From positions 14,570,001 through 14,634,000 of the forward strand of contig OX597824.1 in the NCBI GenBank assembly GCA_951406725.2: DNA of 64,000 nt, in the 5' to 3' direction. Shown here in pieces: positions 48,751-61,850 of this stretch (positions within the stretch are counted from its first letter, which is position 1; the number at the start of each line of letters is the position of its first letter). The stretch is from Octopus vulgaris (taxonomy: Eukaryota). The notes beneath the pieces are model-generated. The model had not been told where the DNA came from. It searched no databases and saw only the letters and a program-made list of their open reading frames with translations. The position numbers and the translations under genes were made by a program.

Positions 48751-51700
48751 CTGTGGAAATATAGCACAGTAACATTTCATTGACCTAAACACGGCCAAAC
48801 CAGACAGTAATTTGAAGAGAACAAAAAAGGGGAAAGAGAATAACTGTATTGATTTGTCAGGAAAGGATATCAAAGTGGAAAAGAAATTGAGGGACACCAA
48901 TGACTTGGCTGGAATTTAGAACAGTTTTTATTATTAAAAAATATAAAATAAAAAATAAAATGGAACAGATCAATATACAATTATATATAGTTTAAAATTC
49001 AGATCAGGGAGAAATGAGCCAATATATGTGTGTCTACACCAAATTTAGAGGAATTATATAATACAATATTGTAGTGAACATTAAAAACTAATGCTAGCAA
49101 TTTTTAATAGATTTAGAGCTGCCTAATTTTTAATAGACTCTCAGACTTTTGGCAATAGTTTTATCTACAGTTCAATCAATACACATTCTTGTTCTGTCTA
49201 TTGTTAAAAAATACTGTATTCTGGTACAAAATAATGAAGTTAGTAGTTTATTACTGGTAGAGTTGATAAACTAGAAATTAATTAAAAGCAACAGAAATTA
49301 ATTTTAAAATGTGATTGGGGAAATGTTCCTTCTTCAAGATTTTCTCAGTATTTATATCTTTTACGACAGACTCATTCTATGTGATGCTCAGGTTTTTGCT
49401 ATGAATGTTCTGTTATACAACTTCAGCACAGCATCACATAACTTGATTCGCCAACTGAGACACTAACTCCTTAGTGTATAAACCAGCCATATCTGGCCCA
49501 GATATTCTACATGTTTTATATTCAAACTGGCCAGGTCCAGCCTCTCACACCTAACCTACAGTGACATTCTAACGATAAACAATCACATCATTGAAACCTC
49601 AAAGCTATAAGATAATGCAGGATTAATTCAAAACAATTTGAGCGAAAGAGTATTACATTTAACAGAGTAATCTGAACACAAAAGGGTTAAGTATTATTTC
49701 ACACTGAACATTCCCCTATTAACTAAAAGTTAACAAAGAATGAATTTTCTTTAAACTGAGATTTTGCAGTAAGAAATAATTGTGATCTACCAATTACTAC
49801 ACACTTCATCTTAAGTTTTCCTTATCCTAAAATGGCAATACAATAAATTTAATCTTGATTTTTTTTCTTCTTTTTACAACAATGTTTTTAATGTGTCTTG
49901 AACCTTTACTAATTTTATCATAATAATTATCACCATCATCATCTGCCTTCCATACTGGCAAGGATGGGACTAATTATAAATTTACTAAATAAGCAACTAA
50001 TTAAACTAAGCAGTTTTGCAAAGTATCTTTCCTGTCCTGTATTTGTAAATAATTGAGTAAACAACATAATCATATGAGGAATAGTTTAATATATTTCAGC
50101 ACTATCCCCATTAAAGATGCTGGTATTTCTACTAAACTTAAAGAAAACCCCTGCTAAAAATATCTAAGGGGACATAGTGGGGAAAAAAAGTAAGGCTCTC
50201 ACATTTACTCTATAAAAAATCAACCACTTAACCTGGTATTTTTTATCTTTTACTTGTTTCAGTCATTAGACTGTGGCCATGCTGGGGCACCACCTTGAAA
50301 AAATTTTAGTTAAATGAATCAACCCCAGTTCTTTTTTTTCACCCCTTTTTAAGCCTGGTACTTGTTCTATCAATCTCTTTTGCTGAACTGCGAAGTTACA
50401 GGAACATAACCACACTGAAACTGGTTGTCAAGCAGTGGTGGAGGTGGTGACATCACACACACACACAATGGGCTTCTTTCTGTTTCCATCTACAAAATCC
50501 ATTCATAAGGTTTTGATCGGCCCAAGATTATAGTAAAAGACACTTACCCAATGTGCCACATAGTGAGACTGAACCAAGAACCATGCAGTTGGAAAACAAG
50601 CTTCTTACCACAAAGACACACCCAGCATTATTATTATTATTATTATTATTATTATGAATTTTGTAAACGAATGTTCAAATTAGGCAACTAGATTCACTAG
50701 CATTAGGTAAAAAAATATTAAGGCCACTATTAATTTATCAATCAGGTAATCTCCCAACAATTTATGACAAATAGTTTTTATTATTAATATCCTTTTCTAC
50801 TCTAGGCACAAGGCCCGAAATTTTGGGGGAGGGGGGCCAGTCTTCAGTCAAATCGTCCAACCCATGCTAGCATGGAAAGCAGACGTTAAACGATGATGAT
50901 GATATGCCCAACCAGCCATATCTTAACTAATTTTGCATCCTTTCATATAATTTCCTTTTTCACAAACAGAAAGGGATGCTTATCTCATTTCTCTCTACAG
51001 ATCATCTCTATTCAATGATGCTGACTCATGTAGCCTCATTCTCTCTGCACATGTATTATACAACCTATCTTTTGTGGAGAGAGAGAGAGAGAGAGAGGGG
51101 GTATTCTGTTGCTGGAAGTATTTCCTGAATTTCTTCCAAACTGGCTGGGTTTTTTATTTTCCTTCTTTACTCCAATTGCAAAACTTTTACTATAACCACA
51201 CCCATCAGTAACCAAGCTACCTTAGGTAACAGAAACTGCCTAGTATTATCCTGCAGTTTCAATATTGCTTGCAACAAAACCTGAATGATAAAAGTCAGCA
51301 GTGTGAAGTTATCAAAGGATCTATGACAACAAAACAGAAATAGGTAGACTCTTTTAAAACTTATGTGAGAATGAACATAAAAGGCACTGAGTGATCTAGT
51401 GATATGGACACTGGAATGTAAATGAGTGAGGATAGCTGAAGGTTAACAAGGTGCCCTTAATTCGTAGAAGAAGACACCAGTGTAGGAGTAAGGAGGCTAG
51501 AGAAGCGTTGGAAGTTCAGGTTAGATCTGAGAAAGTGAGATCCTACAAATGAGATTACACAATAAATATAAAGTAAAGCTTTGTTACTGATATTTAAAGC
51601 AGGTTTCTCATGGGAAGAAGGTTTGCTGTAAAAGGTGAAACAGAGGAGGTAAACTGTCGTGTTTAATAGCAATTTGTCATCTTCTTAAACCTCTTAGTAT

Positions 51701-54451
51701 TCATCTCAAATATAATGCTTATTTATTCACATGGTTTCGAATTAATCTTGCATTATCTGGTAGCCCTTAGGTTTCAGTGATGTGATTGTAAGGTAGGCGT
51801 GAGAGGTCAATTTGAACATAAAACAGGTGGAGTATTTTGGCCAGATATCACCAACTTAACTGCTTAGGAGCGAAGAGGGTTTTAAACTTGTCTAGCATCA
51901 TGATGAAGAAAGAAGAATTATATGAATGCAAACTATACTGTCTAAGTGGAGGAGGCCAAAAAAGCCGATTGTGCTATTACAAGCACAAGTGTTGCAGTGC
52001 ACTAAGAAGCTTGCTTCCAAACCAATGGTGTCTAGTTCAGTCTCAATGTGTAGCACCATGGGCTAGTCTCTTCTACTATCGCCCTGGGCTAACCAAAGCC
52101 TTGCAAGTGGATTTGGTAGATGGAAACTAAAAGAAGCCTGTTTGTGTGTTTCATTTTGTCCCCAATAGAATAAGTACCAGGCTTACAAAAAAATTTTAAA
52201 AAGGCTTGTCCTTTCAGAAACTGGTGCCTATGCTGGTGCTGCATTGACGCACCAGTGCCAATGGCACATAAAAATCACATGGCACACTTAAGTGGTTGGC
52301 ATTAGGAAGGGCATCCAGCCGTAGAAACCATGCCTCAACAGACAGCTCCCTTCTAACCAGCCCCATGTCAAACTGTGCAACCCATGCCGGCATGGAAAGT
52401 GGAAGTTAAACAACAACGATGGGGTTGATTCATTTGACAAGAAAAAGTTTACAAAATGGTGCCCCAGCATGGCCACAGTCTAATGACTGAAACAAGTAAA
52501 AACGATTAGCTGAAAGAAGTGGAGATATTTGTCAGTTTAGCAGGCACTGATTAAAATAAAGATGATGATGATGATGATGCACAGTATGTTCAACTGCAGC
52601 CTACACAAGCATCTCCACTTTGCACATTTTGCTCCTCTTAATGTATCAGTCAAATCTCCCTTAAAGTTTCCAATTAATTTGAATTGAAATCAAAATCAAA
52701 TTAGATGACTGGCATCCATACCAGTGGAGTGCTAAGAGTACCATACGAACGTGATCATTGCCAGAGCAACTAACTGGCCTCCGTGCCGGTCTTAGTAAAA
52801 AGCACTATTTCAGCGTGATCGCTACCTGCACTGCCTTACTGGCACCTGAAAAAACATTCGGGCGAGGTCATTGCCAGTGCCGCTGGACTGGCTCCTGTGC
52901 AGGTGGCACATAAAAAGCACCATTTGAGCGTGGCCGTTGCCAGTACTGCCTGACTGGCCCTCATGCCAGTGGCACATAAAAGCATCTACTACACTCAGAG
53001 TGGTTAGCATTAGGAAGGGCTTCCAGCTGTAGAAACTCTGCCAGATGAGATTGGAGTTTGGTGCAGCCATCTGGTTTGCCAGTCTTCAGTCAAATCGTCC
53101 AACCCATGCTAGCATGGAAAGCGGACGTTAAATGATGATGATCTTGTGTTTCTGCCAAACCATAAATCTAAACTAGTAACCATCAAATACTGACACACAA
53201 TCTGTACCAATACCAACACAACTTAGATGTATCTATTATTTTCAACTTACTTTTGTTAACTCTATGTAAACATACTCTCTATTCCATTCCCTAAAACATT
53301 GGTATATGAAATTATCATTCATACCACACAATCTTCTCTAAATTATATTTATTAACATTTTGATCATCTCTACACTTGTTCTGTAAGCATTTTGATTTTA
53401 ATTCACCTTTCTAAATCTTAGCTGCATTTTTACTGATACAGTAAACAATATAAATATTGATCACATCAATGTGATGGTTACTTAAACTTATTTATTTACT
53501 ACCCACAGGGGGCTAAACACAGGGAGGACAAACAAGGACAGACAAACGAATTAAGTCGATTATATCGACCCCAGTGCACAACAGGTACTTATTTAACTGA
53601 CCCTGAAAGGATGAAAGGCAAAGTCGACCTCGGCGGAATTTGAACTCAGAACATTAGCGGCAGAAATACCACTAAGCATTTCGCCCGGCGCCCTAACAAT
53701 TCTGCCAGCTCGCCGCCTTAAACTAGATCGCTGTGGGCAGGATGGTTACTTAAACCTATTATATCTATCACTGATCTAGGTCTAACTTTTAAATGCTTAA
53801 ACTTGTTTATATTCTGAAAATAATTTTAAAAAAAAATAAAACCTACAGAAATTACTATGAACAATACTACTAGATACTACATCAACAAATTGTAAAGATT
53901 TAGAGAAATTTTGAATTTGTTCATTAAAACAAGATACTGTGAAGTCTTAAGCCTTTTCCTAATTTAGTTAAAATACATTCACTCGTGTTGTCATTCTAGG
54001 GTTGAAAAGCTCTTGAGCAGGGGTTCCCAAATTAGAATTGACACCAATTTAATAATTCTGGATTTATACATTTTTGTTTTTAATTATAATTTTAACAATT
54101 CTGAAGTTAAGAAAATTTGAATGCGGCCAATTTTGTGAAAAAAAATACAAATTATATATTTTTTTCTTTCTACCATATTAGATTTAATGATCAGTATTGT
54201 ATAATTCTTAATTACTGTGTTACAAATGGGGAAGTTAGGAAGACTAGTATATAAATGACATAAAACTGCAATGTACTGTGTATTCTTTATTGTTATTTGA
54301 ATAATGTCTAAGCTTTTGTTACCATATTTCTGTTGGAATATGCTGCTTTTGTTTCAACTGATTTTGAAAATGATGAAGAATTTAGTAAAATAACTGTCAT
54401 TATTAAGCTAGTGTTTGGAACACAAATTAACATGAAAATTTGATGAAAGGT

Positions 54452-54677
54452 CTGTTGTGTCTGGGGAGAGTCATTTTCTTTTTGTGCCTTATAATTTAAC
54501 ACACTCACCGGTAAAATTTTAGGAAAATAAAGATGAAAAATAAGTGGAAATTTTACCGGTGAGTGTGTTACATTATAAGGCACTGAAAGAAAATTATTCT
54601 CCCCAGACACAACAGAATATGCTTCAACACACAAACTCATATAAAGAATCTTGCAAACCAAATCCAAAAACGAAATA
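54452..54677. mobile_element. Asymmetric hairpin repeat element nested in a TTAA MITE
   Basis: 12-bp TSD ttgatgaaaggt (54440-54451/54678-54689); same family as 40235-40465. Confidence 0.78.
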
Positions 54678-55860
54678 TTGATGAAAGGTATTAAGTGGGA
54701 AGTTTGTATCACAGAACAAAGGTTTCTCAAGTGGACTGGTAGCAAAAGGGTTAAAAACAGCATTTAAAAAATTTCCTTTTTGTTGGTTGTTTTATGAAGG
54801 TAGAAGTGTAAATTCAAATTACTGAACTAAACAGAATTGCAGAATAAATTTACTTTGCAAAAATTGCAAGGGGTAAATAAATAAATAAATAAATAAAAAA
54901 TGGTTGGGAACTCCTGCTCTACAGATTTAGAGAATTATATATATATAAAAAAAAAAGTGTTTTGATGTCAGAGAATGAAGAATTTCAACAGTCAACTCGA
55001 AGTTTCACATGGTTCTTAAACTGTATAATAAAAATATGAAACTTTTTCTATTTAAAAAAAAAAAAAATGTAACATATTGCAATAAACTTATTTATAGCCC
55101 TATTATAATAATACTTTTAAAAAATTACAATGAAATAGTACTGGATTTGGCAATTCTGGGATTCAGATTAACACCAGAAGAAAAATTACAACTTTTTAAG
55201 AAAAGTTGGTGATAATCATTAAAAAAAACTGGAATAATATTCAATTATAATTTTAGGTACTGTATGCTCTAATCTAATAATAATAAGGTATTATCACAAG
55301 TTTAATTCTATAATCAGGTACCATAAGCTATAACCTAGAAACTGCAGCTATAAAATAAAACCAATTCATTGCAAACAGTTCATTCGTTTACTTGGTAATG
55401 TGTTATATACCATGTAGTTATTTTATATTTTGATCAACAGGCTTTCAGTTAAAGTCGCTGTCTCATGAGATTTCGCTATATAAATTCCAACAAGTTTTAC
55501 ATTCTTATGTAATAATAGATGTGTAAACCTTGACACAGCAATAAAAACAGCAGTAAGCTATGTTCTGAACAGGGTCAGTAGAGTATAAGAGACTAAGATT
55601 AAAATTTAGGAGTAAGATTTATGGAACACTAAACTATCATTTGGATAACATTGTCTATAAATAGAGATAATTAAATGACAGCAATAGATCATAAAACAAA
55701 CTAAAAAAACAACGTTGATTCTTAAACTGGGATAGTCAATAATTTACTGAGGACACTGTGGTAATAAATCTAGCATTTTTATTATTCGTGATTAGAAAAC
55801 AAACAAAAGCAAAATTATTAAAAAAAATTTTCCTATTGATTAAAAAAAAAATGTTCTTAC

Positions 55861-55912
55861 CTCAGTAAACATCACTCCAAACTGACGTTTACATTCCTGA
55901 TCCCTCAGAACC
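55861..55912 (-). CDS. UBR2: UBR1/2 exon (52 nt)
   Basis: aag|VLRDQECKRQFGVMFTE|gtaaga; phase 2-0. Confidence 0.9.
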
Positions 55913-56085
55913 CTTCAAAGAAAATATACCAAATAACGGTTTGAGCACTGAACGTTCAAGCAGTGGTTATATAAAACACAAAACATCAGTAAAAGTACAT
56001 CATTAAGAATATGACACCATGTTTTTAATATTGCAGTCTATCAACTCATAAAATAGTCACAAAGTTCGTTAAATGATGTATTTAT

Positions 56086-56494
56086 CATCATCATCATTGT
56101 TCGACCGTGGTCGAGACAATGGAATTTACCATGCTACGCCACACTTCACGGTCCATCATGGCATTACGGAGGTCCTGTTGCTGGATGCCTGTATCCCTGG
56201 AGATTACATCAGAGTAAGAGAGTGTGCGCCCTCTGGTATTGTGAGTAGATGGCTTCCAGAGGAGAAGAGTAGAAATTGCCTCGTTTTCAGCTCTACAACA
56301 ATGTCCAGCAAACTGGACTCTTCTACCTTTCACAAGAGATGACACAGGTGGTAGTTTCCCATATAATTGTATTTTTTTTTTTTTTTTTGCATGAGAGGCG
56401 GTTGGATGGAACCTACACTCGCCTCCTTATGAGAGCTCAAAATCTCTCGTGGAAGCATCATCCAACCAAAATGCAAATATGTGGGAAACTATGA
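56086..56494 (-). mobile_element. RTE-related LINE 3' end with inverted 5' segment
   Basis: Minus: YGKLPPVSSLVKGRRVQFAGHCCR...MMDREVWR + (GAT)n tail; plus: ERRLDGTYTRLLMRAQNLSWKHHPTKMQI; TSD gatgtatttat. Confidence 0.82.
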
Positions 56495-56734
56495 GATGTA
56501 TTTATAATGTGATTTGATAGTCAAAAATTACTGATAACAAGTGTGTATAAACATATACACACACTGAATTAGTTGCTAAAATTTTAAATGTAAATATCAG
56601 AAAAAATATGAGAATCACTTTGAGACATATAGAAGTGTGGGTGCTACTTTGGTATGCAATCTACATAACCAACATGGTCTACAAGAGTCAAATTCCACTT
56701 TAGGATGTGATCTACAAGTTTCATTTATTCATTA

Positions 56735-57236
56735 CTAGCAGTATCGCCCGGCGTTGCTCGGGTTTGTAAGGGAAATAACTATATAAGCATTTTTAGAGAG
56801 TTACTTCCCTTATAGATGCCAATTCGGGCTTTCTTAGCCATTTCTGTTTTGGTGTCTTCAAGCCATGAAGTCGTTGTTCTAAAAGAACACTGGTCTCCTT
56901 GACAACGCATTACGACATTGATTTCCTTACACTCCCTTTCCCACAGCTTCACGAGGGAGGGAAGAAGGGGGAGAAGCAAACAGGTGCAGGTGTGACCATG
57001 GACGCCAACTCCGCCGCCATCGACACACGAAAAATTATGCATTAAAATGGAATAAAAAATGATGTTAAATTATTTTTAAAATCGTAGACTCATGCTAATA
57101 CTCAGAAGGGCTCGATATGAATCACGACTATAAGATACCCGAATTTGGTTAAACTGCACCGCAAAATGTGGGAGTAGTTAGGAATCTAAATCGAAGGGGA
57201 CAGACACTCACACAACTACAGTTTTATATATATAGA
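56735..57236 (-). mobile_element. Non-autonomous Helitron-like element
   Basis: Reverse orientation: TC start at 57236, hairpin cccgagcaacgccggg, CTAG end at 56735. Confidence 0.75.
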
Positions 57237-57515
57237 TGACTTAAATAAAACATTCTTACATATTTATACATTTATTTTAAAAAATTAAAATGAAGCAGAT
57301 TTGAAACAAGTTTACTAATTTTATGGGTGAATCGAACAAACGAACGAATCAAATGAATGGGCAAATCAAACAAACATCAGCTAGAAAAGTAAAAAGTAGA
57401 TAATTAAAATTTTAATACATTTAGTATTTAAAAGAAATTAGAATAAAGCAAATTTAAACAAGTTTGCTAATTTTATTGTTAATACATTTATTATTAAAGT
57501 TTATGATTTAATACA

Positions 57516-57812
57516 TCTTTATATATAAAATTCAAGTTGTGTGTGTGAGACTCTGTCTCCTCCGCTTTAGATTCCTAACTACTTTTACATTTTGCAGTGC
57601 AGTTTAACCAAAAGCGGGCATCTTATAGTCGTCATTCATATCGAGCCCTTCTGGGTATTAGCGCGCGTCTATGATGAGTCTATGATTTAAAAAAAAATTT
57701 ACCATCATTTTTCCGCATTTTTGCTCGGGTTATATAAGGGAAGTAACTCTCTAAAAATGCTTATATAGTTATTTCCCTTACAAACCTGAGCAACGCCGGG
57801 TGATACGGCTAG
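57516..57812 (+). mobile_element. Non-autonomous Helitron-like element (internally shorter sibling of 56735-57236)
   Basis: A|TC start, cctgagcaacgccggg hairpin, CTAG|T end. Confidence 0.75.
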
Positions 57813-58035
57813 TTTATTATTAAAAAGAAATTAGAAAGAAGCAAATCTGACGCAAGTTTACTAATTTTATCAGTGAATCAAACAAACGTCAGGTGTTTTC
57901 CTTGTTCTTACTAAGTATAACTTTTCACGTTGTAGATCACAATCTAAAGTGTATTTCACATACCAAAGCAGTTTCATATGTAGACCACATACCCCAAAGT
58001 AGCACCCATATGTGTATATGTAAGCATATACCTAC

Positions 58036-58072
58036 CCACTCATCAATAGCTGATGACTTTGTATTCTGGCAA
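58036..58072 (-). CDS. UBR2: UBR1/2 small exon (37 nt)
   Basis: tag|IARIQSHQLLMSG|gtaggt; phase 1-2; required to bridge neighbouring phases. Confidence 0.9.
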
Positions 58073-58940
58073 CTAGAAAAGAGAAAGAAAATTATTATAC
58101 ATTAATATAACTATTTGAAAGATTCATTCTACATTTACTGTTTCACTTACATTATTCTAGAACATAGCTGGAACAGCCTATTTGCTGGGAAAACTGTTTT
58201 TATGTTGAGATATTAATTTACTGATAAGCACCGAAAGAATAGAATTTTGTCTTTTGTATAAAACTAGAGAACTGGAGCTAGCAGAGTTAATGGTATTGCT
58301 CAAGGAAGGCGCTGAGCTAGCTGAATCATTAGCACATCGGTCAAAATGCTTAGCAGTATTTCATCTGCTGCTATGTTCCGAGTTCAAATTCCGCCGAGGT
58401 TGTTTTGCCTTTCATCCTTTCAGAGTCGATTAAATAAGTACCAGTTACGCACTGGGGTCAATGTAATCGACTTAATGTTTGTCTGTCCTTGTTTGTCCTC
58501 TCTGTGTTTAGCCCCTTGTGGGTAGTAAAGAAATAGGTATCTTTGGTCGGTCTGAGGCTATAGTCAAAGACACTTGCCCAAGGTGCCAGGCAGTGGGACT
58601 GAACCCAGAACCATGTGGTTCGTAAGCAAGCTACTTATCACACAGCCACTCCTATGCCCATAGGAAAAAAAATTTTCATTAAAAGATAACATTACTTTTA
58701 ACATCATCTTACATATTAGAACATCTACAATATAGGTGTATAGTGTGGATTACATATAATGAGAGATGCAGCATTGAGAATGAATGAAGCCAGCTCAAAC
58801 CACCCCAGGTGAATGCTGTCTCAAGACAAGAAGACTTAGATGGAACTACATTATGATTCCAAGTGGAATAAAATTTTTTAAAAAAGCTGTAAGGATGTGT
58901 CAAGTGTAATAAAGAAAACATTACTAATTAATCAACTTAC

Positions 58941-59039
58941 TTTTCCACAGCTTGGTATCGGCCAGAATCAGACGCTCCATCAGTGAACCACCTTCAGCAG
59001 GCTGCATGGCTAACTTACAAAATAAATATCGCAGCCCAT
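58941..59039 (-). CDS. UBR2: UBR1/2 exon (99 nt)
   Basis: DGLRYLFCKLAMQPAEGGSLMERLILADTKLWK; phase 1-1. Confidence 0.93.
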
Positions 59040-60359
59040 CTACAGAGAAATAAACAAAAGATGAAAAATAGTTCATGACAATAACAATAAAAATAATTTT
59101 CTTAAATCAAAAAAGAGACCTTAAGTCTATATTTAAAATTTAAATGTTAAAATTCAAAATAAAGATTCTTTGTAAATAACCTTTTCTGAAATGGACTGGT
59201 AGCTTCCGGTACATCGACTACCCTCAATCATTATTCTTCATTCATTATATCCGCCTCCATTCACTCACTGCCCCTCACTCTCCCCATGCACTCTTGTAAC
59301 CTCTATACCCAACCAGACCCACCATTCTTCTGCCCTCACTCACTCCTACCCACCTCATACTTTGAGGATCCATCCTGACACCTAATCACCTTTATTTTTA
59401 TCTCTTTCCAGCTCCATCCCATTTACTCTTATCCTCTCTTCTATAATGTGAGTGGCCATGTTGCTCAACAGCAAGAAACCTGTTCTTTTGTGGCCCCTAT
59501 TTTCATATCTCAATCTCTCATTTCCTACCATAAAGCCATTCCCTTTCTATTATAGCTCCACTCAGTCAAAGAGGATCTCAGCCTTGCAATCTGAAAGGCA
59601 ACCTCACTAGTACTGGTGCTATAAAAAAAAGCATCTGGTACAGTCTGTAAAGTGGCTGGTGTAAGGAAGGGCACCCAGCCACAGAAGCCATGCCAAAACA
59701 GACAATGGAGCACAGTGCAGTCCTCAGATCTGTTGGATCCTAACAAACAGTCCAACCTATGCTAACATGGAAGCTGGACATAAAAACAGAAATGCTGATA
59801 GTGACAGATAATAATCTCAACTGTTACTATGTTTTTTCTTATAACTGACAAAAACCTCAACAAAAAAGTCACAGAACTCAAAAAGTATCAAACCCAGACA
59901 TGATTTAACTTCATATTAGTGAAATCATCATTGTTTAATGTCCGCTTTCCATGCTAGCATGGGTTGGACGATTTTGACTGAGGGCTGCACCAGACTCCAA
60001 TCTTGATCTGGCAGAGTTTCTACAGCTTGATGCCCTTCCTAACGCCAACCACTGAGTGTAGTGGCTGCTTTTTACATGCCACCGGCACGGGGGCCAGTCA
60101 GGCTGTACTGGCAACAACCTATATCAAAATCTTTTTACACATGCCACCGGCACAGGTGCCAGTAAGGTGACACTGGTAAAGATCACGCTCGAATGGTGCC
60201 TTTTACATGCCACTGACATGGAAGCCAGTTAGCCGCTCTGGCAACGATCACGCTCAGATGGTGCTCTTGGCACCCTACTATAATGCTAAATAAATAACAT
60301 AAAACATCTACCACATTGACAACAAGAGGATAAATATGACATTGGTGTTTATACCATAC

Positions 60360-60483
60360 CTGATTTAGAAATTATATACTGCAACCATTGAATAGATTTT
60401 AGCGCAAACTTCTGATGGGAAACAACAGTTGTATGCATAACCTGAACCTTGAGAGACTTGGAGCTCCCTCGAGCTGACATTTG
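60360..60483 (-). CDS. UBR2: UBR1/2 exon (124 nt)
   Basis: QMSARGSSKSLKVQVMHTTVVSHQKFALKSIQWLQYIISKS; phase 0-1. Confidence 0.93.
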
Positions 60484-61174
60484 CTACAAAAGAAAGGGCC
60501 AAAGAAGTCGGTTATTTCAGCAAATAATTAAGCTTGTTCTCAATATAAGAATAATAACTGTAGTGACGAAAAAATTCCATAAAATTTGCTGAGCAATTAC
60601 TGGCATACACCGCCAGAGTTTGAAACCTGCCACAGGCAGTATAAGGTAAAGTTGGTGAAGCCTTTTATTGGACTTGTCTCATCTTTTGTTTCCTTTCTTT
60701 TAATATTTGGCGTTTACCAATGTAAAGGCTATTTTTGTTGTTTGTCCCTTCTCGAGCCATGCCTGGCTCATAAGGGCCGGTTTCCCAGCTTCCTTGGCGT
60801 ATAGGTTCCCCACCTGGACGGGACACCAGTCCGTCGCAGGTGAGCTGCAAGATGCAGGAAGAAAGGGTGAGAGAAAGTTGTGGCGAAAGAGTCAGCAGAA
60901 GTTCGCCATTACCTTCTGCCGGAGCCACGTGAAGCTTAGGTGTTTCGCTCATAAACACACACATCACCCGGTCTGAGATTTGAACCCGCGATCCCTCGAC
61001 CACGAGTCCGCTGCTCTAACCACTAGGCCATGTGCCTCCACAAAGGCTATTTACAGAGGGAACATGGGAAAAGAGGAACATCTACAGAGTTCAGGATGAA
61101 GGATTGCATGTCTTATAGTTAGGGAGTGTGCGTGTGAGAGGGAAACAGTGTCTGATATGCAAAGGTAATAATCA

Positions 61175-61563
61175 GTTTTATGGACTGTATCTTCATTTCT
61201 TCAATAAAATTGTCATGTACCCAAGACAAAAGGAATTATTTCACTAAACCAAATTTTAATTGTATTACCAGTTTGAAAAGAAGCAGAGGCAGTTAACAGG
61301 TTTCTGGACAAAATAACAGGAAGAATAGGTAGAAAAGGGCAAAAGGCCATTTTTGTTAGATAAATTAGCTAAGAAGAGGTCAGTGGTTTCAAGGGAAACC
61401 AGCTGTGAAATGCTTTTTCCAATGATTTACAGTGAAATGCAAAATTGAAGAACACTGCAATACAGTAAGCTGGTACAATTAAAATTTGGTTTAGTGAAAT
61501 AATTCCTTTTGTCTTGGGTACATGACAATTTTATTGAAGAAATGAAGATACAGTCCATAAAAC
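61175..61563. repeat. Inverted repeat, 90-bp arms, 209-bp spacer
   Basis: 61175-61264 is the reverse complement of 61474-61563. Confidence 0.9.
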
Positions 61564-61787
61564 GGATTCCTAGTAACATAATGAAGCTGACATTATCCTC
61601 GGAGAGGTAAAAGACAAAGTAGATAATGCAGACAATCCCAAACATTTTAAATTCAGAAACAAGAGATATGATACTGAATATTTTAAATCATTTAATTTGG
61701 TTCTCTATTTTCAAAAACCACCTCCGCTGTCCTACTTTATTAAAAATTAAATTCAATACAATAACTAAAAATAAAATGTATACCTAC

Positions 61788-61850
61788 TTCAATTTGTTTT
61801 CTTGCTTTATCACAAACGTTGAAACCTCCAGTTTTTATACCACTTCTTCC
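61788..61850 (-). CDS. UBR2: UBR1/2 exon (63 nt, end of ClpS-like N-domain)
   Basis: cag|GRSGIKTGGFNVCDKARKQIE|gtaggt; phase 0-0. Confidence 0.9.

Larger units (their letters stand above)
27..61850 (-). other. UBR2: Partial gene span: E3 ubiquitin-protein ligase of the UBR1/UBR2 family (N-recognin); 40 exon positions, 5' and 3' ends outside window
   Basis: All exons have GT-AG boundaries and matching phases (sum 4334 nt). Translation has family motifs QVMH..VSHQ, DDH..SVQIFT, GMWRRNG, CILCQE..SCGHVMH..C..FLCPLC (RING-H2) and CLVCG..CSHSYCC..PYLDDYGETD. UBR1 versus UBR2 cannot be resolved; invertebrates generally have one co-ortholog. Confidence 0.96.
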
